Of a stretch of DNA of 64,000 nucleotides, positions 40,251 to 50,100 are shown piece after piece. The position numbers and the translations under genes were made by a program. Under the pieces are notes generated by a model. The model saw nothing but the letters and a program-made list of their open reading frames with translations, was not told the origin of the DNA and did no database searches. How positions within the stretch are numbered: the first letter of the stretch is position 1; each line of letters begins with the position of its first letter. The DNA comes from a virus. Its lineage: Duplodnaviria > Caudoviricetes. The DNA lies in the IMG/VR virus record IMGVR_UViG_3300033074_000806, positions 32,001 through 96,000 of that record; one strand, written 5' to 3'.

Positions 40251-43200
40251 TGGTAACTTATAACTATACTGTCAGCTCAGCATCTGGTTACAAAACAGTT
40301 CAACAGGCAATAGATTCCATTGCAGCTGAATTGGAAGATAGTCCAGTTTTAACAGGTGATATAACTATACAAGTAGCTGCTGGGACTTATCCAGGATTTA
40401 TATTTCCACGTGGCACTACCCTCGCGCTGTTAGGAACAGAGTTACGCATTATTATAAAGTCTGCAGGAAATTTCTTTCCTGTATTTGATGGTAGATTAAA
40501 TCCTTCTGAGCAATATGTTGGAGCCGATTTAGATTCAGCCAATCCTAATGTGACAATCGAAGGGCTTAGATTTCAAAATTTTGCTGTTGGAATTAGAGCT
40601 ACAAATGGTTCTCATAAGGTAAAGATAAAAAATTGCATAGTAAATGATAATACTAATGTCAATATTTTATTAGAGCAATGTAACAACTCAGCAGTATTAC
40701 AATGTGTTATTACAAATGGAGACTTTGGTGTTGTCTCTAGACTGTGCAAAAATACAGCCTTATATCACAACAGTATCTTTTTAAATGGCTCTGTAGGAAA
40801 TGCAGATGCCGGTATTTGGATCCAATTAGCAAATGATTACGGTTCTGGACTAGCTGATACTGGTAAAGCTTATATTGTGGGCAATGTTATATGGAATACA
40901 ATAGGGCCGGCTGCCATACTCTTTCAAGAAGATATTGAGCTAAAAGCTATAGTATCAAATTATAATGACTTAGTAAAGACTGCTGAAACTTTAATTGCTA
41001 TAGAAAAGAAAGCGTATGTGCCAGATAAGCCTAGAGAAAGAAAAAATATCGCAAGTCTTTCAGAATGGAAAGATCTAAGAATACTTAGTAATCCAGATAG
41101 TTCTATACTTGATGCTAAGTCTATTTCACAAGATCCTAAATTCTTACAAGTTGCTAAATCTAAAACTAAGCAGAATGGATTGTATATTGATCTTAGCTTA
41201 TTGCCAATATCTCCTGTGCTAGGATTAGTTCCTAGCTTTCATTCTGAATTGGCTCAAGCAGTAATCTGGCTACCAAGTTATATTGAATCATCAGAGTTTA
41301 GAACAGACATAGTAAACAACTTACGCAATAGTGGCACAACTGCTGCAGGTGCCAATGATAAAAAATCAAACTCTGGATTTTTTGGACAAGATGTTTTTAT
41401 ATCTCCGCGAGATCTAGCTCTTACAAAGAACTGTGATATCGATCCTCTTAGAGATCTAATTTATAAACGATTAGATATTTGGCTGCCAAAGATTAGAAAG
41501 GGATTTTTTAGCTCACACGAAAGAGAGTATTATTTATACTCTAAAAAAGCTTGCCGGACTATAGGAGAATGTGCTGTAACAAAGTTTAAACTACCTGGGA
41601 CTGTAATAACTACAAAACCTATTAAGCTATCTGTTGCCGGTGAAAATGTTGAAGATCCTAGATATATTGACATAATAGGAAATGAATTAATATTGTATCA
41701 CTATGACCTAGACATTCAGGATGGAACAGAAGAGGTAGAGCTACAATGCTATATTAGAAAGTGGCAGAGTAATGTCAGTGGATTTATATACTCTCCTGTA
41801 TACTATAGGTTTAAAATTTCTCAAGGCACTACTAAATTTTATTTACCTCCTGACTATATACCTGATGGTCCTGTAGTAATAACTGATGATAGATCTGCAC
41901 CAAATGATAATGATCGATTAGCTAACCGTGAATTTAAGTTAGTTTGGGATACAGAAATGCAGCGGACTGAAATTATATTCGCTAATAACTCTAACCTGGC
42001 TGCAAATTGTCAGTTCGATAGGTTTGCTGGATCCGACGCTTATAGGCCACTTAATTGGAATAGTCAGAATACTTATTTGTATTCTGGGCAAGGTTATAAC
42101 ATAGAGCCCTATGTAGGAGATTATGTCTGTGTAGTAGAGCCTGCCGGGTATCTAGAGCAATTGTTACCTATAGATAATAATGCCCACGCTATTAGCTGGC
42201 ACGCAAAAGCTGGCGCCATCACTGGCATCACTGGCTTTTTTGTTACTGGTAACTATAACGTTTCCCCAGAAGATAATTCATATTATATATGCAAGTTTTA
42301 TGATTCTACTTACCAATGGCTTGGTCTAGACTTAAGTGGAATCTATACTGTAAATCCAGAATGGACGCGCTACTTTATTACTATTGGCTCTGGAGCTAAC
42401 GCAGATAAAACAATAGAAGTTGATTGCGATGTTTCTGGAATATCAATAAATAATTTCATACCTGAAAGATCCGCTTTCTGTAGCTTTAGGCTAGTAAATA
42501 ATGTTGACTACAATCTATACGTAGACGGATTTCAATATGAAAAAGCTGAGAAGCCTTCTATCTATCATAGAAAATTTAGACTATCTGAGTTAACTGTAGA
42601 ATATGAAACTAGCTCGTCTAAAGAATTTATTGACACTAGACTTGCTATGTCTCCTGTCAGAAATAGCTTTAGCCAAGGCTTTATCCATATACCAGAGATC
42701 CCAGCTTCTATCTACGACGGTCCATTAAATCCTAATGTAACTACTCTAAATGAAATTAGATGGCCGCTAGGTCGTAAGTTAATAATTCCGTGGGCGCGCT
42801 TAAATGGAAAGGATAAGCTAAGACGTAAAACGGTCTTCAATCTTATACCAGAGAAGCACTCAGATATTATAAAACCATACCATATAAGCTATCAGCCTTT
42901 TGATATTATTCTAAATCCAGAAACTATTGTTTGTAGGCAAGGCGATACCAATGGGGTAGGATTTACAATCCAAGTATCAACTTCAGAAGGAAATCCATAT
43001 GCTGGCGGCAAGTATGCTGTTGGTATATCAGAGCCCTTAGCTCGGTTTCCAGGCTGGCTACATAAGCGCTATTTGGGTGCTAATGAACAGCTAGCTCCTA
43101 CTATCAATGGTAAACTAGATTCTGCAGGATCTTCTTCTATCCTTTGGATTCCACCTGACGAGACAGTAATACAATTTGCTGGCCAAGTTCCAACAAGACG

Positions 43201-43777
43201 TGCCGCTACCTATGACCAAATTACTTCAGTCGAGTTGAACTATAGAGCAAATCCAGAACAACATGGGAATGTGATTATATTAGATGGCAGCTATAATAAG
43301 ATTCCAACCTCAGCCAGCAGAGCTTTCAGAACTATTTATAGACCAACTTACAGTCAAAATTTTAGTATAATAAATTTGAACTATCCAGCCACTCCTGGCT
43401 CGGTTAAGGTAATAGTGAATGGAATAAACTTGCTAGAATCTTATCTAGCTAATCCAGACAGCGATCAATTTTTTGTTGATTATCAGAGTAATAAAATTTT
43501 ACTAAAGGGTAGAATAGACGAAGCCATAGTTGAGTATGTTCCTAGCTATGTGTTTATAAATCTCGCAAACCCATATAGGTTACAATTCTATCACGAAAAA
43601 CTATTCGGCTCTTATACAGGGCCCATTACTATTGGATACGATGCGCTAATAGACCTAAGTATAGTAGTATTAAAACCAAATGGCGTTGATACAATAACTA
43701 AGACCCACACCATTACCGCACAGAATCATCTAGTATCAAATTTTAGACAGTTTAATACCATAGCACTAGAATACTAA
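40250..43777 (+). CDS. virion protein with N-terminal right-handed parallel beta-helix (pectin-lyase-like) and CBM-like domain (1175 aa)
   Basis: YKTVQQAID...ITIQVAAGTY cap. NVTIEGLRF, VKIKNCIV, LYHNSIF and IVGNVIW rungs. SISQDPKF terminus. Later NLAANCQF...LYVDGFQYE is CBM-like. Confidence 0.7.
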   Translation: MVTYNYTVSSASGYKTVQQAIDSIAAELEDSPVLTGDITIQVAAGTYPGFIFPRGTTLALLGTELRIIIKSAGNFFPVFDGRLNPSEQYVGADLDSANPNVTIEGLRFQNFAVGIRATNGSHKVKIKNCIVNDNTNVNILLEQCNNSAVLQCVITNGDFGVVSRLCKNTALYHNSIFLNGSVGNADAGIWIQLANDYGSGLADTGKAYIVGNVIWNTIGPAAILFQEDIELKAIVSNYNDLVKTAETLIAIEKKAYVPDKPRERKNIASLSEWKDLRILSNPDSSILDAKSISQDPKFLQVAKSKTKQNGLYIDLSLLPISPVLGLVPSFHSELAQAVIWLPSYIESSEFRTDIVNNLRNSGTTAAGANDKKSNSGFFGQDVFISPRDLALTKNCDIDPLRDLIYKRLDIWLPKIRKGFFSSHEREYYLYSKKACRTIGECAVTKFKLPGTVITTKPIKLSVAGENVEDPRYIDIIGNELILYHYDLDIQDGTEEVELQCYIRKWQSNVSGFIYSPVYYRFKISQGTTKFYLPPDYIPDGPVVITDDRSAPNDNDRLANREFKLVWDTEMQRTEIIFANNSNLAANCQFDRFAGSDAYRPLNWNSQNTYLYSGQGYNIEPYVGDYVCVVEPAGYLEQLLPIDNNAHAISWHAKAGAITGITGFFVTGNYNVSPEDNSYYICKFYDSTYQWLGLDLSGIYTVNPEWTRYFITIGSGANADKTIEVDCDVSGISINNFIPERSAFCSFRLVNNVDYNLYVDGFQYEKAEKPSIYHRKFRLSELTVEYETSSSKEFIDTRLAMSPVRNSFSQGFIHIPEIPASIYDGPLNPNVTTLNEIRWPLGRKLIIPWARLNGKDKLRRKTVFNLIPEKHSDIIKPYHISYQPFDIILNPETIVCRQGDTNGVGFTIQVSTSEGNPYAGGKYAVGISEPLARFPGWLHKRYLGANEQLAPTINGKLDSAGSSSILWIPPDETVIQFAGQVPTRRAATYDQITSVELNYRANPEQHGNVIILDGSYNKIPTSASRAFRTIYRPTYSQNFSIINLNYPATPGSVKVIVNGINLLESYLANPDSDQFFVDYQSNKILLKGRIDEAIVEYVPSYVFINLANPYRLQFYHEKLFGSYTGPITIGYDALIDLSIVVLKPNGVDTITKTHTITAQNHLVSNFRQFNTIALEY

Positions 43778-46086
43778 TGGCCTCCGGATTAAAAATAATT
43801 GATACTGAAAACCTTAGTAGAGAAAAAACTTTACTAATTAAATACTATCTAAGCAATACAGGTGAGTGGGTTTATGCTTTAGATAATTGTGGATACAAGC
43901 CTGTTTGTGATGAATATTGGACTATAATGTATCCGAATTTTCAGCACCCACAACACACAGATGCTTCTCCAGATAGGCCATTAATTATCTTGACAGGATC
44001 ATTATATGGAGTATTTGCTTGGAACTACGGTGGTATTCCAGGCATACAGCCTTCTGATTTTGATGCTGAACATAGTTACTTAGTGCAAGTTACTATGGTT
44101 AATCAAGGCTGTTTATTTACTGGCAATAACACTGGACAAACAGGCTCTGGTGGAACAACAGGATCAGTTCCTGTTACGGGAATAAGTGCGCCACCACAAT
44201 CAGGATACTATCCTCCCAAAGGTCCAGGGCGAATAACTCCAGGTTATGGAGCGCCGCCATATCCAAGGATACCAGACATTCCTATTATAGTTCATAATTC
44301 TGGAACGCTAATAAGAATTAATAATCCAGATCCAGGAACCTATGCAGAGGTTATCCAGCCAGATAATGGCTACTATTCAAGGCCTATTGAGTTTAGCGAG
44401 GGCAGCTTGGAGTATACGAATATTCCATTGCGAGACTTATCTATAGGAAATAATCCTATAAAGCCTTCTCTGTTCTATGGTAATGGCCCAGGTGAAATTG
44501 TAGAGAATCCATTGTTTATTCAAAAAGAAAAAGATCGAAATAATCTCCCTTCTAAATTTGATAATAAGCTAAGCAGCGACCCAGAAGGCTGGCACGCATT
44601 AAATCCAGATTCAAGTTTTAGTAATAAAAATTTAACACCAAGCTTTGTATTTGGAGATCAAAACTCTAAAGACATGAGCAAGGTTGGAAGATCCAATAGA
44701 CCTATAAATAACTCTAGTATGGATCTATTAATTGAAGGCAGCAATGCTAGTGGCATTGTTTATATAAATAGAACTATTTCGTTGAGTGGAGGATCAATGT
44801 TAGATTCTCGCGCTTCAATTCCATCAGTATCATTAATTCCTGGAATAACAACAGATGATTTATCTACTAAGATTCCAATAAATGAATTGCCTGCAGGATT
44901 GGACGCTGGCTCATATAACTCTAGAAACTATTCTGCCTTAGATACCTCTAGTGATAGTTCTACTAGACCATATACATCAAGCTCAGTTGCTTATAATGCT
45001 GATATAGTTATTTCAAATCCTGTTGTTCGCCGTGGAGAACTACTGACTATTGCAGCTAGTTGCTACCCTAATACCGATGTTTCTATCTACGCTAAGTTAA
45101 TAATTGTTGATACTGAGGGTAAGCAAATTGATGCTGCTACCTCGATAGCAGCTATAGCTAATAGCTCTGAAGCATCAAAAATAGCTATAACAACTAGAAC
45201 AGATATCTATGCACTAGGTAAAATATTTATCAATGCTTTATTTTTTGATAGTAGCAACAACATTGTAGCTAGCGCCAGTAAAACAGCAGAAGTAATTGAT
45301 CAAATAATAGAGTCCTCTGGTGCCATACCAAAGACTATTAATAGTTATAGACTTCCTACTAATGGGCATATATCAGATAATCTTGCGAGATACGCAGGTG
45401 TTAATATAAACAAGTATGTTGATTTTTATATAGATGATAAGCCACGCTACTTCATTTTTAGAATGTTAGCTGGCCAATTAGCCTTTGTCATTAAATCATT
45501 AAACGCAACTACCTTAGATACCAACCTAATAGCAAAAGTATACGATCCTGATGTCGTTGGATCGATGGCAGGTTCATCAACAAGAAGAGTTGATATTACG
45601 CAACACTCAGATCCTGTATTGACTGTCAAAGATAAGATAAAGATAAATGATGTAACTATTTTTGATAACGAACACATAATTGGAACTAAGCCTGTATCAT
45701 TGCCATTTGATATGATTGTAACACCCATTCTTTCTATATCCAAGAATGGTAGTAATGTAGAAGGCCCAGCAAAAGTAAGAATGTATTTAAATGATGATGC
45801 TAATCTTATAGTTCCAGTAAGGATTTCTAAGACAAATGATGGCCTATCAGATATTGCTATCTATAATCTTCCTTATGCAGGAGAAGAGATTCGAATGCTT
45901 GTCGGAGGTAAAGATCAATATGATGTTCCAGATGAGATTGTAACCTATAGTGCTACTGGCTCGCTTATTGGTGAAACTACATTTACTATAGAAACATCTT
46001 TAATAAACTCTGATAACTGGATTCATTTGTTACGGTATCCTTATAATATAGCTAATGATATAATCTATTCTGAGAGGTTTGTATAA
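43777..46086 (+). CDS. hypothetical virion protein with Pro/Gly-rich and Ser/Asn-rich linkers and an Ig-like domain
   Basis: 769 aa coupled ORF with a PPQSGYYPPKGPGRITPGYGAPPYP region. Confidence 0.5.
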   Translation: MASGLKIIDTENLSREKTLLIKYYLSNTGEWVYALDNCGYKPVCDEYWTIMYPNFQHPQHTDASPDRPLIILTGSLYGVFAWNYGGIPGIQPSDFDAEHSYLVQVTMVNQGCLFTGNNTGQTGSGGTTGSVPVTGISAPPQSGYYPPKGPGRITPGYGAPPYPRIPDIPIIVHNSGTLIRINNPDPGTYAEVIQPDNGYYSRPIEFSEGSLEYTNIPLRDLSIGNNPIKPSLFYGNGPGEIVENPLFIQKEKDRNNLPSKFDNKLSSDPEGWHALNPDSSFSNKNLTPSFVFGDQNSKDMSKVGRSNRPINNSSMDLLIEGSNASGIVYINRTISLSGGSMLDSRASIPSVSLIPGITTDDLSTKIPINELPAGLDAGSYNSRNYSALDTSSDSSTRPYTSSSVAYNADIVISNPVVRRGELLTIAASCYPNTDVSIYAKLIIVDTEGKQIDAATSIAAIANSSEASKIAITTRTDIYALGKIFINALFFDSSNNIVASASKTAEVIDQIIESSGAIPKTINSYRLPTNGHISDNLARYAGVNINKYVDFYIDDKPRYFIFRMLAGQLAFVIKSLNATTLDTNLIAKVYDPDVVGSMAGSSTRRVDITQHSDPVLTVKDKIKINDVTIFDNEHIIGTKPVSLPFDMIVTPILSISKNGSNVEGPAKVRMYLNDDANLIVPVRISKTNDGLSDIAIYNLPYAGEEIRMLVGGKDQYDVPDEIVTYSATGSLIGETTFTIETSLINSDNWIHLLRYPYNIANDIIYSERFV

Positions 46087-47150
46087 TGCCAGGCGATTTA
46101 AGAGTGCATAACAGAGACTTTATAGGTCCTGATAGATTAAGCAAATTACCTTGCGTAGTTTGCAATCGATTTTTAGAAAAGGTTAGTGAAAAAATTGTCA
46201 TACTTAATGTATGCCAAGATGAGCAAAATCCATCGGTATGCTGGATTACATTTACTTTGAATGGGGTATTTAATTATACTCCGACATTATCTATTTTAAA
46301 AGTAGATGAAGACGGCTCTTATAAAGATAGAAATGTAAAGGCGCCCATATTCTTATCCTATTATAGAAACACAGTAAATAGTCTACCTATAAATACTAAC
46401 TGCGAAACCAAAACTTATATACTTGCGTTTGATTTCGGCACAGTTATACCTAATTTTTTAGGTGCTAGTGTAGTTGAATTTGATCTAATAATGGATGGAA
46501 TAATGCCGGATGCTCTAAATATTCCTGATTTTGCAGAGCTAACTAAGACTATTAAAGACTCCAAAGTTTGGACTAAAGGTCCAACTCCAAATCCATACAG
46601 GCTCGTTTATAGCTCTAGTAATAGTAAGCTATTTATATACTTCGATTTCAATGATAATCTACCATGCAGTTGCAATATTCAGTGCGCTTCTATATCTGGA
46701 AACCTAAATAGCATACAGTATTGTCCTGATAAGATAAGCCGAGTTACAGTTGATTATGCACAGGGTGATGATCCACAAAGTATACTATTAAGATTCTCAG
46801 ACTCTTATGGCAACTATAAGAACTTAGATATCTACCCACTAATGGGCACCACTCCAGCAACCCCATCAGTTTCAATTCTATCTAATCCAAAACGCATTGA
46901 GATTAGTATAAATAAGCGGTCAGTTAATAACTCAGCTATTGGAGATAGAACAGCCTATCAAATATGGAGGTATGACAGCTCTATCAGCTCGGCCTCCATC
47001 TGGAAAGACTGGTCGTACAGAGACCATACAACATTTGTTGACATGGACGTAATCCCAGGAAATACATATGGTTACGCTGTCCGATTTAAAGGCCAATTTG
47101 GCGAAGAATCAAAAATTTCAAACTGGGCTTCTAAGACTATACCTACATGA
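46086..47150 (+). CDS. Cys-rich protein with C-terminal FN3-like domain
   Basis: 9 Cys in the N-terminal two-thirds. TPATPSV...YQIWR...FVDMDVIPGNTYGYAVR...GEESKIS is an FN3 signature. Confidence 0.6.
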   Translation: MPGDLRVHNRDFIGPDRLSKLPCVVCNRFLEKVSEKIVILNVCQDEQNPSVCWITFTLNGVFNYTPTLSILKVDEDGSYKDRNVKAPIFLSYYRNTVNSLPINTNCETKTYILAFDFGTVIPNFLGASVVEFDLIMDGIMPDALNIPDFAELTKTIKDSKVWTKGPTPNPYRLVYSSSNSKLFIYFDFNDNLPCSCNIQCASISGNLNSIQYCPDKISRVTVDYAQGDDPQSILLRFSDSYGNYKNLDIYPLMGTTPATPSVSILSNPKRIEISINKRSVNNSAIGDRTAYQIWRYDSSISSASIWKDWSYRDHTTFVDMDVIPGNTYGYAVRFKGQFGEESKISNWASKTIPT

Positions 47151-50100
47151 CATTTTATCCAGATAAGGGCCTACAAGCAGTAGAACATTTTTTAGATGCC
47201 AGCGGCATATCCGGATCTAATACAGGCCTCCAATCTGTTGTAAATGGATTCGTTGCTCTACTCCCACAGATAGAAAGATCAGTATCATATTTTAATCAGT
47301 GGGCAGCGATTTCTGGATGGACGATTAACAATGGACTTTCTAATCTAACAACTCTCAGAACTGACTTCACAGTCACTGGCGGGTATGTTAATAATTTGAT
47401 ACTAACCGGAATCACCGGCTATCAGCGATCTACCTTTGGAGGTGGATCTTGGGAAGTTTATACTCCAGAATGTTCTGGCTCAGGTATAGGTATTACTGGC
47501 GCCACCTATCAATATTTTGCTTTATGGTCTGGTTCTCCAAACACAAAGTTCTTTTCTGGAAACGAGCCCACTAATTATCCATTTACTTTTGAGTTTGATG
47601 TTGCTTCTACATATATAACTAGTAGCAGTATAGTTGGTTATACCAGTGGTCAAAATACATTAACAGGATTGCCCAAGTTAAGCGGTTCTATTAATCATGG
47701 TATCTATATATCTAACGGAACTAATTGGGATTATTTAGAGTGTCGGCCAGATGGTATCAGATCTATCAATCATCCAGAGTTATCTATTGGCGTTGGACTA
47801 AGCCAGCCTAAACGCTTTAGAGTAGGGATAGAAAGTAATAACCTATATATACTCTGTGAAAATGGAAGATCAGTGGCAGGCATATCAAAATTTGATACTC
47901 CTGTATACACTGGATTTGCTGATAGGCCTATATTAGCTTTTGGAGCTCCACCACATACTGGCTATAACCTATTTTCATTTACAGGTATCTATGGTATAGT
48001 TGGGCATACTTACTGGGACAATATCAAGGTTCTCACAGGGAAGTTAGCTCTTGAGCTGCCAACTGGTCTTGAACGAATCTATACGACTACTCAACAGTCT
48101 CTTAGAACTTCTCCGTTTTCTCCTGGATTAGCCATAAGTAAATGGCAAGATGCAGTCATACAATATGATTACTATCCTGGTGGCACGACTATAGTCACAC
48201 CAGAATATCTATTCTCTGGAGTATACATAACGGCTACTAGCTTAGCAAAGACATTAACGTCTAGTGGTGTTACAGCTAGAATAGACCTATCAACAATTCC
48301 TATTTCCAATAGTATCAATTTATTAACTGGAACATATAACTTAGATCAGCCAATAGCCGCCTACAATACTATTAGATTTAAAATAGATCAGGTATCAACA
48401 AATGGTTCTGCTCAGGCTCCGATCGTCGACGCCATAACTGTTACTGCTAGGAAAGAGGGTGGGTTTTTAGATGCCATACCAAACTGGGCACCAAAAAATA
48501 AAAACACATCTGTTCTTTTAAAGATTAAGTCTGAAGAATTTTTAAATACTGTTCCTGATGTAGATGCCTACTCTACTTTCTATTACAGAGCGCCAGTATC
48601 CACAGGACTTATCTACGGTTCCTTTACTGATCTATCAATATTTAGTATAACAGGAAATATCCGTGGGACTGGAGAGCTATATAATTACGGCCCATGGAAC
48701 GCAGCCTTTCAAAATTATAGCTATCTAAGTGGCTATTATTTAAGCGGAACTAGTGGATCAAAGTTGTTTGGTATAAAAGAAGTCTACAATTTTATTCCAG
48801 ATCCTACGTTTGACAAGGGATTTAAGTCAGTATCAGCTCTCCCAACTTATGTATCAAGCGGCTTAAGCGGTAAAGTTTTTGGTGAGATAGGTCAATATCT
48901 ATTTTTACCTAGCGCCTATACCGGTGATGCTATAATGACTTTTGAGAAATTAAAGGTTATTAGACCCTATAGGCAAGAGTCTGATAATATCGACTACGCC
49001 CAAAAAGTCACTATACAAAATACAACCGGCATATACAATACTAATGCTGGACTAACAATTTGGATTCCATCCGGGATATACTACACTAATCCTGTGGCCC
49101 CACAAGGCTATGTATTCTCTATGGATTTGAGAATTCTAAATGGTTCTGGTGTATATCTGACAGGTGATAATTTCTCTTCTAGTTCAATCTATCTCGATCC
49201 TACTCACTACAGCGACTATAGACGCGCCAGCATTATACTACCAACTGGAATTGCCACAACTAATAGTTATTTAAAGCTATACGCAGCCACCGGATATAGT
49301 GGTAAGTATGAGTTTATAATTGACAATCTTTCCTTAAGACCATTCATTACAGCTAGAATAGAAGCTACTGGAGTTCCTAGTTTATATCATACAGTTGGAT
49401 CTTCTAACTTGTTACTCTTCCCAGAAGTCTTTTCAAGAGGAAAAGATTTAGCTCAGCGGGCAGCTACTGTTGTTGGAATGGATTTATATTTGGATAGTTA
49501 TCCAACTGGTTCAAATATACTGTTTAGAAAGTTAAGGACCGCCGATAGCAAGGGAGTGACATTATCAATTAATAATGACGGCTATCCAATAGCTTCGTTT
49601 GATATAGCTCAACGCTCTTGGTATACAGGATCTATAACAGGTATCTTTGGTATAATAACTGGTGGTAATTTTGCCATCAATGATAATACAGACTATATCA
49701 AAAATTATACAATAACAGGTGCTAGTAAAATACCATTGGGTTATTGGAGTCATCTGGGATTTATTCACGAATCTTGGAACCATTCTAATTATGGTATTAG
49801 AAACGTCACTGGTCATCATATACTTCCTAATCAGGCTAGTTGTAATCGAGCCTATCTAGCCATAGATGGACTTCCAGTTGCAACTACGGATACTTGTGAA
49901 TTCTGGCGTAGCTACGTTTCAACTGGAGCCCTAGGCACCGGCTATGATGCTTATAAAGATGCCACACCATTTTCTACAATGGTTGCTGACGGCACCGGCA
50001 ACATAGTTATTGCCTCTGGATTGTTTTGTAAACTAGATAATGTATTTATCTCTAGACCTCCAGTCGCCGATTTAGAATCAGAAATCTATATAAAGACTGC

